64,000 nucleotides of DNA from contig CM082578.2 in NCBI GenBank assembly GCA_040954595.2, forward strand, positions 8,231,519 through 8,295,518. The letters run 5' to 3'. The DNA comes from Balanoglossus misakiensis (lineage: Eukaryota; Animalia; Hemichordata). Positions 1-13,551 of the stretch are shown in pieces. A model generated the notes under the pieces. It was not told the origin of the DNA, did not search any database, and saw only the letters and a program-made list of their open reading frames with translations. Positions within the stretch are counted from its first letter, which is position 1; every line of letters begins with the position of its first letter. Both the position numbers and the translations under genes were made by a program.

Positions 1-3000
1 CAGTGCCTCATGGTAGGTAGTGTTGCCGGATATATTACGCGTTCCGCCCGCTCCGGCACCACGTTTTTCCAGAGTTTCCCTGGAAATTGGGGAAAAAATG
101 AAAACCTCACATCAACAATCTATGATCAAAAACGTTTCATTATTTACAAGAATATTGTACATTGATCACGCATAACCTCAGGGCAAATTATTTAGTTTGA
201 GCACCAATGAATTATGCACAGAAAAATTTCATTTCTGACTCTACTTCTTGGCTGTGTATGAGGAATATAATTGAATATAAAGGCACAAGCCATGTGTGGT
301 GAATTGTAGCAATGTAATTTCTATGACAGCATTTCAGATTATCCCAAAAGAGAGGAAACAGCCTTGAGATCGACAAATCTATCTACAAAGTTCACACAGA
401 TTTTGTTTGACTGCAACGAACTCTGTCAGTACAACTACTATAGTGGAAATTAAGTCACTGTGTGTGACATGCTAGCCATCACAGTACTGGTAATAAAAAC
501 CTGCTGGTAGCACCGATTCTTTATGGTCGGAAGTAACAAGTAATGCTGGTACGGTCTCTCTTTATTCACGAATTGCTTCTTGCTTCTCTCTCAAAATCAA
601 TAACAACTCTGCTGCATGCCTGATGACACAAGGTCACCTTGATGTGACCTCTAAGCCATCCGCAAAGAGACCCTTCTCTATTAATTTACACTTCTATCAT
701 AATAATCTCCTATAAATCACGATTTGTTCAACACCACGCTGAGAGCCTGCTTTCACTTTTATGAGGCCATGCATCTCATTACTCTCCGATTGTAAAAAAA
801 ACCCAGGGTGGAAATCCATCAGCTTTCAGTCAATTAACCATCATCTCCCTAAATCTCCCCTTTCCACATTTACGAGCAATTTGTCGTCCTCATTAAGGCA
901 ATGCAGCCGACTCTACAGAAAGTCGCTTCACTGCACACAGATTTGCCAATTCTACAAGTCTTCACAATGAAGTCGCCATACGATTAGGATTATCCTTTCT
1001 TTAATACCCAAGAAATTTAATATCCTGTCCTTCTCAATGGGCTATCTTACTTTTTTGTATCAGGATCTACTTATCGTAATATGAATCATTTGTTGCCATG
1101 GATTCATCTCTATATTAAATTTATCATGACTGACGTTTTAAACTGACGCTACATTAGCGGTTTGGGGTACATGAACAGAGATGATTTGACTACAATATGA
1201 TTCCATTTATAACAAAGTGGAACTTAAGCATATTATTTTTATGATTTCTAGAGTGGTACTGAGTATTCTATGGCCTCACACCCACGCACTGCTCTAAATA
1301 CTCAAAGGTTTTCCACATATGTGGTAAACTGAACAGCCTGTAGGTTGTGCTCGGAAATCATCACTGAATATAAATGGCCGTCTTAAATGCTGAATATTAA
1401 AGAGCAGTCTGTCCTGAAGTAGGACATGGATTGAAAAATCTATTTGAAAAGAGATGTTAACGTGTCAAGTTTAAACAGGCTGTAAATGTATTTGACCCAC
1501 AGGCTTCGACTCACTACCTTTAATATACTTGTTATTCGATCTTACACAGCGCCTTTGCAGTTTAATGTGCAGTCTGTTGATAACCGACACTCAGGAAATT
1601 AATACTGTGCCAAAATAAATGATGCCTATACATGTAATTCACAATGCAATCACCCTTCCATCAGTAAGTACATGTAAACCTGGCTTGGTCAGTATCCGTA
1701 ACACAGTGACATCTATCCATGAACCTTCATAAAGCCCACACACATGTTCCAATGACAACAGTTCCATTAAATAACCAGGAGTTTGCTGTACGTGACATCA
1801 ATCTACTATTCGCAAAATATCTCTGCAACATGATCGTCCCCTGAGCAGGAAATGAAGGCAAAACTTACACGACGGCTTGTTTGACTGCCGGGTGCCTACT
1901 CATGGCCAGATAGTCGTTGCTGCACCACACAGTGATGGGTTTTCCGGGCTCCCCTTCATTAGTGATGCCGGAAAACTCCCGGGCGTACGGAAACTGCTTA
2001 GCGTCCCGCTCCAGCTTCTTGAAGACACGGTATGAGTGGTCTTTCTTCTTGGCGTCAATCTTCTCGTCGAAGAATGACTCGTAATCAAAGAAGCCGTTAT
2101 CTGTAGCAGAAAACGAAAGAAATTAACATTAGCTTTGATATTTGTTAAAGTATTGCCCAGACAATTAGATTGGGGATAGAATGTACCAACAACATCTTAG
2201 TGTTTTTTTATAACAATCACAGGTAGCTGCCATTCTTGATGAAAAAAGTTGAAATTTTTAACGTGCTTGTTGCATGCATACTGTTATGTGACATCCAATA
2301 TGTTTTGTCTCCATCTACCGTACATGTACATCCCCGTCCAACAAGATCAACATCTTCCATGTATGCTTATCAGGTACATTTTTACGTACCAGTCAGACAC
2401 AACTTCATGTTTATCACACTTGGCCTAATTTAAGATTATGAACTTGGTCACAAATTACAGTATAACTTTTTTTCCATTGGTATTGTACTGTAAGAACATT
2501 CCATCACATTGGGCATAATTGTATCAAATCAATCAGAACCCGATTTCGACAAATACACACAGCAGAGATTTTGTGAACCACGCTACTGATATGTTCCACT
2601 GACCTTTCAAAGGTATGGGTTTAGGCTCTTGAACCTTGACCTTTGGCTTCTCGGCGGCCACATTCTTGTTGGCCAGTTGGGGTGCCGGACCCTTTGGGAC
2701 AAACGCTTCACGGATGGAGTTGAAAACCTTATTGGTCAACCTACCGTCACTTGAAGGTTTATCTGGAGACGGAAAGAGACAAAGTCAATGAGCAACTCAG
2801 TGTGTAAAGTTTCATTTTTTAAATACATACCGGAAATCACCCCTATAGTATGAAAAATATTCAAGAGAGTTCCATAGATTTCTGCAGAATCTTGTTTTTC
2901 GATGCGTTAAAAAATAGTGCCAAAACTCCATAGATCTATATCTTCAGTATTTTTAAGTATGACACCTTTATTATTGATCATACTTGACCCCTACCCCCTC

Positions 3001-5835
3001 CTCCAAATAATGCCATCATGACTAAATCATCGATCATACAAGAATATTCAGGATCAAGCGCAAGGCATTTGTCACCTATACAATCACGCTATCGCAGCAT
3101 GTAAAGGGGATATATGGATCGTGATCTGTGAATTTGCTTCGGGCTACATGAATCAAGATCTTAATGAGGCGTTTCTCGTCAGTGGTTTTATTGAATTTCT
3201 ATGTCGAAGACGTCGTACCTGGCAGCAGTCCAGCCTTGTTAAGATCGGCTTGCAGGGTGGGTACCTTGGTTCCCATGGCAACAGATGACTTGACTTGGCT
3301 CGTCTGACGAATGGCCCTCATCTGCTCCGCAGCTTTGTCAATAACCGGCTTTCCATGAACTGAGGGTGAAATTAATGCAAACCTCGCATGTTGAACTTTG
3401 AAGATGGTGTGAAAACTATGCATACAGAAATGCTTCCTCCTTCTATCATTCATTCAAAACATATCTGAGTACAAGAACGGACAATTTAGACTCACCGTGA
3501 CCACTGGATTGATCATTGCCTGCCTGGATAACATCACTTTCGATCACATCACTGCACTGCTTGACATAGTCATTGTTGGCCAGGAATGGACACTTGCCGT
3601 ACACTGGGCACTTTCCACCTTCAGCTGAAAAAAGAATGAAAGAAAAGAAAGGTGTTTTTAACAATTTCTACTAAACTTTAACTCAATTCATAGAACTGTA
3701 TTTGTTTTTAATGCAAATACACCTGAAGGTTTTGATTGACAGCTGACGACCAGATGGGTGCCATTTCCATACATTGAAATGAAAAATGTGTCTATCTTTC
3801 TCTGTGCCTTTCTTTTTTATGTTGTTATTTCCGGCCACCTAACTAACAGTATCAACCCAAATACAAGTATCAAAGCAAACAGAAAGTTTTTTCCCCAATG
3901 GTTGTTTTAATTCCAAATGCCTAGATATTTACTGGGCCGTATGATACAGAGATTACGACAGTCTGGCATTGCAAAAATAAAGCAGTGAAAACGTGGCACT
4001 AGAAGGATTAATTCTATAAAGCTGCTGTATGCCGCACAATCAACTTCCACTGGATTTACCGGTTCATACATTTTGAAGTGAAATCCTCAAAAGTATTTAA
4101 AATTAGAGAGGGCAGATCTGAGCTTGCACCATACGTTTGAGCAGCCCAGTTACAGAACCATACTTTGCATCCCTCTGCATTTGAATGCTTCGTACAAAAC
4201 ATTCACTGGTGCAATGGATTTAGACTGCTCCAGTTGCCTTGAGCTATATGACGTTTTTTTTTCTTTTGACAGAGAACAAACATAGCATTTCATCAGCTAT
4301 TTACTGCTGGCAAGTGCATTTGCTCTGTCCAATATTTCAACAAGAGCAGCAATTTGAAAAGGTTGAAGTTGGCCATTCTGTTGTCAAATCTCAAAAGATG
4401 CGCTTGAAGGGCCTTCATGTGTATACATGCATGACTAAGCACATTCCAAGAGTCTACAGGTCAATTATTGCATTCAGTCAGCATGAAAAAGCGTAAAAAG
4501 TCTTGCACATCTCAATGCGACCAGAAGAATTTTTTTTTGTATGCGTGCAAAATCTGGTAAACACCTGATGCATGTAATGATGTATAAATCTTGTAAAAGT
4601 GAAGCTCTTCAGACATCCCAGTCTCTAAAATATGCATCCTTAACCCCTTCACCCCCAGTGCCCTCTTTAAAGGCCTAGCCTTACCGTATGGTTAATCTTA
4701 ATGCTTAAGCTCCTTGGTGCAAAGACGGCACATCAGAGGTGACTTTTTTAAAAAGAGTAAACCGCACATTTCACATTATCTGATACATTTGCAACATTCA
4801 TTATTATTTAAGCAGATGTCACCAAACACCCAGAACAAAATCTGATTTTGAACAAAAGAAACAGATAATCCGAACGACATATGCAGACCATCTGTCCAGC
4901 TCTTTAGTCTAATTTCGAAATAAATGTCAGCAAGGACCTCTTCATAAAATCAACTGTCACTCATTAGCAAGATTTCTATGACTGCAGCAGGCATGTATTG
5001 TATTTCCATCGCAAACAACAGTCACTGGTTGACACCCCCCCCCCCTCCCAGAAAAGGCACCAATATGGCCCAAAACAACTTTTAAAAGGTGGCTCATTTG
5101 AAATCTTTCCAGAGCATATCAAATCAAATGTGAAAGTCAACATTTCTTCTCCACAATTTCTATTGAGTAGGCACTTGTTTCGTGTTACAGGATTTTGTAA
5201 TTGTAGTTATAAATAGAAAAAAAAACTACCATTCTGAACATGATTGTACTTGACGCTGTCCCACATTGATGCACTGTTAAATGCATTGTACTATGCAGAA
5301 CAGAATATCCATATTTGTTTAACAGCTATTTTCAGTGAAAACATGTTTTATTCAGTTCTTATGATAATGGAGGTAAAGTTTTGATCATGGACGGGCCGAA
5401 ATTTACATCTGCTGAAAGATCAGACTACAAGTCAACCTGGTCAACCCTACAATGTTCTCTGGAAAGCCTGAACAAAACCTCAGACAGAATAGGCATTGTG
5501 ATGAGCACAAACCTACATCACTGCGACGGTACAATGGGTACGCAGGTACCAGGTACACACACATCACAATGGCTATGTAAAAAAGAACCCATATTGCACC
5601 CCACCACCACAACCCGGTATTTGCGCTGGTAGTGTGACAATGGCAATTGATGGGACCTACCCTGTTCTTTGCCCTTGTCGGCATCGTGCTGCATGGTGGA
5701 GGCGTGGCGGTTGATCATATGCGACATGACGGGGCAGTTCTCCGCGTAGTTGAACAGAGCCGAGCCGGCCTTCTTGATGCAGTGCGTGGGCACCTTGGCC
5801 AAGAAGGGACACTTGAGACGCGTCAGGTGTTCCAT
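1..5835 (-). CDS. ALAS: 5-aminolevulinate synthase, mitochondrial (5' part; gene continues beyond window start)
   Basis: Phase-consistent coding exons: 5835-5661, 3624-3496, 3359-3219, 2762-2604, 2100-1869, 79-1. The N-terminus has heme-regulatory CP motifs (KCPFL, NCPVM, KCPV, KCPFL). Catalytic-domain motifs: FDYESFFDEKIDAKKKDHSYRVFK, VWCSNDYLAMSRHP, GAGAGGTRNISG. Confidence 0.97.
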
Positions 5836-8168
5836 AGTGCGATCTTCCTGCTATTCACAGTCTGTGGGGGGAGAAGTTCGAGTCATTATAAATATGCAAT
5901 CTTTGGTAATATCGCTACTGTGAGAACTGAAATAATACCAGAGCATCGGTGATGAGAATGTATCAAACTCGCACAAAATAAGCAAGCACTAATGATACAA
6001 CTATTGCTGCATTTTCTATCCAGCAGAGCTGTGTTTGACGCTATGTGACAACGAGTTGCTTATGGTGTCACCATCTTGGCATTCAGTAAACTTAAATGGC
6101 CTGACAACATTATCTGAAATGTGTAACATTGGAAATACCTAAGTACAAATGCATTCCAAGCAACATTGCCACATGAATTATCTGTGGGTTTACTACTCTT
6201 CCACTATTCTGTCTATTCCTATCAATTTTAATCCAAAAAAAAAAGTTGTTCATTTATCCATATGGCCCGATAACAGAGGACATCATGATAACACTCATCT
6301 TATCACTGTAGTATTAACTTTGATCAGTACTCAACTGTTTCAAAGTGATTGTCATCTGAACTAAACTAAACTCAAAAAGTTCAAATGGTGTCTTGCAAAA
6401 ACAAAACAGCCCTGGTCACAGTCACATGTAAAGGTCTTTAAGGTCATCTGACCCAACGCTATATATGCGCCTTTCCACAGTGTCTCAGACACATTTATGT
6501 ACACAGGGCTAGGTTATCTCAGCCGTGATCAGAATGAGATATGTGTGGTATCCATGGACACTAAGGTTTATTTGACATACATTTACACTGCAGCAACAGA
6601 TACTCGGAATGAAGAACGCTGCAAATCATTTTAGGTCCCAATCTCTCACCTGTCAATTTATATGAAATAGCACTAGGCAAAGACAAACACATGAGCAATG
6701 ACTCATCATCATCATGTGATGCAATATAGAACTTGCTGCCCTTGGGTGGGGAAGATCTTAGATGGGAAGTTTAAAGGGATACTATCGCTGGTATCTCCAA
6801 TTTTTCATATGCCATATATTATTAAAAGGTTGTGTTGAAAGCCAACCAAGTGAAAATTTGTATTCACTGGATTTCCAATTTCCCTGGCAACTGTGACTAA
6901 ACTCGCATAGGTGACAGCAAATTTTGATTAAAACCTTGCAAAGTGTGTCACTGTCAGCCCGTGGTGGCTCTATGTATGGTTTCTTCAGCGGCCGTCAATT
7001 GCATAGCTCAGGATTTTGTCTGGCGTTGAGGGTTTTACTTCGCAAACGTTTCTTGAAGTGGTGGTCGCTGGTTGAGTGACGTGTAGGTCAGGACAATGTC
7101 ATTCAACCTGCCACCACCCATAGCCCTACTAGCATTGGTGCGAGTGTACGGTTTGGGCTGCACTGCCGCCCGGATCCCCTACTCCCTTCAATCACTGATC
7201 GACCAGGGGCTTCTTGTTTGGGAATGTGGGTCTGCATACTTTTCGCCTGTTGCTCTTGTATAATACCAAAGGTGACAACGTTTACTTTTGTTTGAGCAAG
7301 AAATGACGCTCACTGCTGATTGTTAGCTTTCGCGTGATACCAGTCTTTTGACAATGTTTTATCATGTTAATGTGATCAGGATACTAAACAAGATTGAGAA
7401 TAGGGCAGGGCCCGGTCACATCGGGTCTTTCACTGAAAATGCCAATGGCTTCATATATTACTTCACTGGTCCCAGATTCATCAATCGACAAAAGACAACA
7501 CACAGGTCTGGACTCCCGAAACGTCTTGAAACTTGTTGAACACACTCGCATTCTGAATTGTTGGCTGACTTGGCTTCTTGCTTCAACTTCAAGTTGATGA
7601 GGAAGTCATTTGATTGAACCACTTTCTTGGAAGTGATTAAAACCACATCCTTGTCAGTTTCACGACTGATTTCTTACTTCCTCGTACACTAGCAGCTAAA
7701 TTGAAAGTGTCACACCCATACATCGAAACAACAGTCAGTTTATAGACGTTTGAGCTGCTACAGCCTACAGGAGTTCGGCCTGAACTGGGCGCCGGGCGTG
7801 GGCCGACCGGGGAAGTTTCTACTCGAAGTGACTAGAAACCGGGCCAGGTTACCAGCACCGGTCCCGAAGATCAAGAATCGCGTGAGATTCAGAAGGGCCA
7901 TTCGTAATCTAACATGATAGGCTCGCGTGGTTGTATTAAATTTTGAAATATTAGCCTAATCCGTTTCAAGGAATACCAGAAGTTTAAGTATATGTTTTGA
8001 TGACCGGGTGTTTAACTCGGCTTGCGCGTACGTGACACACTGTGAGTGTCCCACATAACAGCCACAGCACTCGATCGTACCGCAGCAGCTACCGGTATTT
8101 TCAAACAAATTTCAAAATTCGGCAAGAAATCAGAAAATTCACCGCTAAATACGACAAAGTATACTTAC

Positions 8169-8240
8169 TAATTTGAAGCTTGTATATAACCAGTTGTTCG
8201 ATTGCCGTGTTCTGCACTGAGAACGACGTGGTTATGTGCT
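8169..8240 (-). other. ALAS: Non-coding first exon (5' UTR) of ALAS
   Basis: Minus-strand donor GTAAGTAT at 8168-8161. TATATAA at 8269-8263 lies ~25-30 nt upstream. The exon contains an IRE. The matching acceptor CCCCCACAG precedes exon 2 at 5861. TSS position is approximate. Confidence 0.8.
8204..8231 (-). promoter_or_regulatory. Iron-responsive element (IRE) in the ALAS 5' UTR
   Basis: The minus strand reads CGT-C-GTTCT-CAGTGC-AGAAC-ACG: canonical CAGUGN loop (8219-8214), perfect 5-bp upper stem, unpaired C bulge (8225) and a short lower stem. Confidence 0.93.
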
Positions 8241-8262
8241 TTCTAAACGAGTGGGTTGGCTG

Positions 8263-8305
8263 TTATATAGCTCGCCTGAATGTGACCTTTGATAAAGCGT
8301 GACCC
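8263..8305 (-). promoter_or_regulatory. ALAS core promoter: TATA box plus nuclear-receptor half-sites and GATA motif
   Basis: TATATAA on the minus strand at 8269-8263; TGACCTTTGATAA at 8283-8295; TGACCC at 8300-8305. Confidence 0.55.
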
Positions 8306-8814
8306 TCACCTTATAAAACTCTTCCATAAGCTGCCAATTGAGGGCGTCCTATATTGGCGTCAGGAAAACGAAGTCGCATTATGTTTTTGAAGAAACACAT
8401 TTATTACTTATTTAGTTGGCGAGTAGCGGATTTTAGATGGGCAGGGAGAAATCACTTGACTGGCCAAGGCTGGGGTATGGGGACCCATAGCTAAACATAA
8501 CATAGAAACACAATTCAGACTTTTAGGGAAACACAGCATTTGTTGACATTCAAATTGAAATTTGACAAGCAACTAGAATTATGTAGGGTTAAATTCCTCT
8601 GTGCAAACAGGAGAAAAATAATTCAGTTTGGACATTTTGGGAAAGAAGCGGTCACCAATTACTGTGAAACACATCATTTTGCACCTTAAATTATAAATGA
8701 TTGTTGGCCGCATAATATCTTCCAGTTTCTGTAGACTTAGAAGCTGTGTCCTGTAAAAACAAAGGCATACAATCTAAAGTGCGTGTGGTGGCTGGAGGCG
8801 CTGTTTATTGTAAG

Positions 8815-8827
8815 TGACCTTTGACCC
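8815..8827. promoter_or_regulatory. DR1 nuclear-receptor element just upstream of PHYH copy 1
   Basis: TGACCT-T-TGACCC, ending 21 nt before the ATG at 8849. Similar motifs recur elsewhere in the window, so specificity is uncertain. Confidence 0.45.
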
Positions 8828-8848
8828 GCTACTTCATCTGCACCAGAA

Positions 8849-9326
8849 ATGGCAGACGAAAGGTTGCGGGTGCTTCGGCGTCATCTGACAAATCGAGCAA
8901 CAGTTCAACACACCAATGATGTGGTATCCTTGCCTTCAGTACACGGGCACGTGTATCTATGCCTGAATTTTGAACTGATTTCAGTGGTTTGTCGAAATCA
9001 CGGGTGCAAGTTAAGTGGTGACATGGACCAAAAATTTCGCCATTTTGGTCGACCTGTACAATTGTACAATGGTACATATACAGATAGTGTATCATCAATT
9101 AGATAACCGTCACATGATGACCCAAATACTGTACTTGGTTTGTTCATCGATCCTTTTTGTTGTTCAGTGTTTTCTACATTCCATTTGTACGTTGCTGTCA
9201 GTTTATTCATGTGCCGCGAACAGTTATAGTTAGATGAAGCAACAATAATATCTAGTGGTGCTGTCAGTTTATTCATGTGCCGCGAACAGTTATAGTTAGA
9301 TGAAGCAACAATAATATCTAGTGGTC

Positions 9327-9383
<57 letters not shown>

Positions 9384-12368
9384 GACATTTCATGATGTTT
9401 ATTAATTTGATAGTCTTGCATTATGAATAAACTTGCAAATCGCAGGTCTGCAGCAACAACAACAACAACAACAAAACTCTGATTCTGCAGTATTTTCTGT
9501 GTTTTTTTTTACAATGGCTATATCATCTGAACCTACATTCAATTTCCTTATCGCTGTTAATGCAGACCATCCACAATACTGCAGCAGCCGTAGCTGCAAG
9601 TACTGTTGAGCCGTATGTAGTGCAGAACTCAGTTCTGTCTCCTCAGCAGAGAGCCTTCTATGAAGAGAATGGATTCTTGGTCATCAAGAAGTTGGTTTTG
9701 GAGGACAATCTCAGAAAATTCAAGTAAGGGGCAACTGTTTCTGCTACATCTACAGAAGTGGGCGTGGCAATTAAAGATGTCAAGTTGTATGCCAACTATA
9801 TAATTTGTGTAGAATTTATATCAGTCAGCAAGATTTGCAACAGAACTGTTCACAGTATTTCAGCTACCTTGGTCATACAGTAGCCAGCTAGAACTTGTTC
9901 ACAATAATAGGAGTACGTGGTGTGTTCAAGTAGTATAACTTGCTAATAATGATGTCTTATAAATCTCATTCAAGGGATCGTTTTGAAGAAATCTGCAACA
10001 AAACTGTCAGCGTGCCGGGGATCACCATCATGCGAGACGTTGCCATAGCAAAGTCTGAGTTTGTTCCGGGAGAGAAAGCCATTACAAAGATCCAAGATTT
10101 TGTCCACGACCCGGTGATGTTTGAATACTGCTGTCTCCCAGAAGTGAGTTTGGTTTTCAGACACATGTGCCATGAATTTCTGAGACCGTTGGAGTGTGGC
10201 ACGTTTCGCAAAAACGTGCAAGAGTGTTGAAATTCCCTGGCGAACGATGTGTAATGAGAATAAGTAGCAGTAAATTTTCTATGTGTTGATAACCTCAGTG
10301 TGTGAAACAAAATAGTGTTGTCCCTGTTTCTTCAATTACTAATAGGCTTCTGCTGTTTATCTGTAGATTGTGAAATACGTGGAGTGTTTCACTGGACCCA
10401 ACGTGAGAGCCATGCATACAATGCTTATCAACAAACCCCCGGATCCCGGTGAGTTTGATTCACAGAGATGAAATCCATTTGTATAATTTGTGTCCCGCAG
10501 ACGACATTGTTATTTCCCTTGCTTGGTGAGCTGGTGGTAGCATTTCTAGAAAATGTTCTTTAAATTTTGAAAATGTTGAACGAAGTCACAGTGGGTGGAA
10601 TCCTAGAAGGTCTCTTGGCTCAGGAATGTCAACCAAGTGAATCATGCAGTACAGTTTGTTCACAGTTCGGACTGGTTAAGATGTCACTTTGTGTATAAAG
10701 TCGGTCTGCATTACACCAGTTGTGTATAAACTGTGCGTGTTGTATAATAATAGAAAAAATATCAAGTTTCATACCCTTGTTATTAATTCCAAAATTGTAT
10801 CCATGTAGTCATATCTTGAATTCACTATACACCTGTTATTTGCATGTATTGTTTATAAATTAAAATGTCATAACATGACTTATTGTCACCTGACAGGCAC
10901 CAAGACCTCACGGCATCCGATGCATCAAGATTTGCACTATTTCCCCTTCCGGCCGGCGGAGAGAATTGTGTGTTCCTGGACAGCCATGGAGAGAGTTCAC
11001 CGTGGCAACGGCTGCCTGGTGGTGTTGCCGGGCACCCACAAGGGAACGCTCAAACAGCATGATTATCCAGAATGGGAAGTTAGTATCAGTTATGGTCACT
11101 CCATCAACATTAACATCCAATTATCAAAAATAAAGGGGGAAAATATGCATAAAAGATGACTACAAAGGCAACAAAAATTACTTCGTTTGTATTTTTTGTT
11201 GAAACTGTTTTCAGTGCAAAGTAACTTGTTATTGTATACATACAATTTGATGATGAGAGTGTTCCATACCTCTTTTTTAAACAAAATTGTGTGTAAATAA
11301 ATCTCAGCTAATTGCCTGCCAACATCACACAATGATAAAAACATTGACGGAGTGCACTTTTCCGTAGACAAATTCAACTTAATTCAAGCATGTGTTTTAC
11401 ACTCAGGGTGGAGTGAACAAGATGTACCATGGCATCAGGGACTATTCTCCGGATCACCCCCGTGTCCATCTGGAAATGGAACCCGGAGACACGGTCTTCT
11501 TCCATCCTCTGCTGATCCATGGATCCGGAGCTAACAGGACCAAAGGATTCCGGAAGGTATAGTGCTAGAACATTTTTTTTCTTGACAATGCGGCCTGATG
11601 GCGACTGGTATTAATTTAGTGATAACTTCATGATGTCACATTCACCATAGAAGCTGAATTTTGCCCTCTTGTCTGTTTTCACCTGATAGGCTATATCTTG
11701 TCACTATGCCAGTGCTGATTGCTACTACATCGATGTCAGGGGCACCTCCCAAGAGACTATTGCCAAGGAGATTGATGAACTGGTTTTACGACGACTCGGA
11801 CCGGATATTAAACTGGCTTTTGAGGTATGTTTGTTTGCTAATGCTTTTACTCCAGTAATTAAATTTACTGCAAGGTATGTGACAACAGTTAATAACATAT
11901 AGGTAATATACTACAGGCCTGTGTCAGGGGTGCTGTGGTTTGTTCTGTGGTTCATCGTTCATCAGAATGGAGTTGGAAATTCTCTGTATGTTTGCATGAT
12001 ACTGAGATGAGACCTCAGATGATTTTTTTCACAAAAGTTTGGCACTGGGACAATGTGCAATGATATTTATTCTGTGGTCTTTAAAAGTACATGTACATTC
12101 ATTTCAAATGAATTTGAATAGCTTCATTAAGGGTTGTGAAAAAAAAACATAGGACCAATGTAAATTGTTGGAGTGTCTACGCAGAATTGACCAATCATAG
12201 GTGTGGACACTAATTGACCAGTCAGAATTTATCTGGGCGTGGATTCCTTCTACCTTCAAGTTACAAGTTCCCCCCTCTGAGACTTTATATCCAAATCTTG
12301 ATTTCTCTCAGGACACCTGGAAGTTGAGATCCCGCCATGTCAAAGGTGACGAAAGCAGTATGGCTTAA
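8849..12368 (+). CDS. PHYH: Phytanoyl-CoA 2-hydroxylase, peroxisomal, copy 1 (335 aa)
   Basis: Exons 8849-8923, 9566-9723, 9975-10143, 10367-10448, 10897-11078, 11407-11556, 11690-11824, 12312-12368; ORF intact. PTS2 RLRVLRRHL. Motifs [46 protein letters not shown] (Fe/2OG HxD...H...R). AATAAA at 12929. Confidence 0.97.
9193..9324. repeat. Exact 66-bp tandem duplication (x2)
   Basis: tgctgtcagtttattcatgtgccgcgaacagttatagttagatgaagcaacaataatatctagtgg occurs at 9193 and 9259. Confidence 0.9.
9326..9383. repeat. (CAT)n microsatellite
   Basis: Direct inspection; a shorter (CAA)n run follows near 9454-9475. Confidence 0.9.
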
Positions 12369-13551
12369 CAATTGGTCGTACAGTTCTTCTTCTGGGATAC
12401 ACTGCTTCGTATCATCTTGGCAGTAAGGGTGGATAGCGATGTCTGCCTCATGAAATCGTAACAGATCCACTTTCTGGCACACATGACTTTTTCTGTTAAA
12501 TAATGGTATTTACAAGGATTTTCTTAAACATGTGAGCGGATTTTACATTGCAGCTGATTCCTTTTTTTGAAAATTGCTTGAAAGTTTGTTAAACACTATA
12601 ATTTCACACCTAGGGTGACAGTCATGTTGTGCTTGCTGTCTTGGCAAAAATTGCCACTCTCAGTCTGTAGGTTTATTTTAATGATTTATGTAAAATTCTT
12701 TTGATGCAGTTTTAGGCAACATAATATGATTTTTTTATAATGTAAATAACTACAAAGAAATATATAAATGGCATGGTAAATATAATTTCAGTTATATAAT
12801 TGTAGATTATAATTAATTATTAGAAGATTATCCTTTTATTAACTTTCTGTATTGGATTGTAGATGAAACCATGATTGTGCTTTTATCATGCATGGAATCT
12901 TGGTGGAAGTAGTACATTGTAGTATGAAAATAAAGTTTGATTTGAAAGTAATACAATTTAATTCACTTGATATCAATCGCATTCAAATCAGATGTAGAGA
13001 TGTGGTCGTTTACCTTTACATTTAATTTCCTCCTCTACCTTTTAGTCCTTCCAATGAGGGAAGTTGGGAGTGACCCAATTATGAACATGAAAAAGACGTG
13101 AACAAGCCAATCTGTGCGTCCGATTCAAACTTTTGACTCTGCCAATGCAGTTTTATTAGAATGACGCCATTCGCGGGTAAAAGTTCACTGTTGATGACTG
13201 GTTTTGAGGCCAAAGAGCAAAGGTTTCAGATGAGGACGTGCGAGTCTGTTTGATCTTCTTTCTTGTGGCATCCTTCCCTCTGGTTGCTGTTGAGATTGCT
13301 TTCTGCTCCTCCCACTGTTCATAATTATCACAGGTATTGCGTGATTTCTTTTATAGCATCATGAAATTCTCTATGCATATAGTAGTGCATCGCTCGACCG
13401 ATACTCTTATTTGAAGTCTGTAAAAACAGGTCACCACTTGCCCCTCCCCCAGTATGCCAGACCCACCTCTACCTGAATGGTATAGCTGCCTGTCATTAAA
13501 TAAATACGGAAGGAATTCACCCCGGCCAGTACCACGACGGTGTCCAAAACG

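Larger units (their letters stand above)
8924..9565 (+). other. U12-type (minor spliceosome) GT-AG intron 1 of PHYH copy 1
   Basis: 5' site GTATCCTT at 8924; branch-like TTTCCTTATC at 9543-9552; AG at 9564-9565. Confidence 0.8.
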
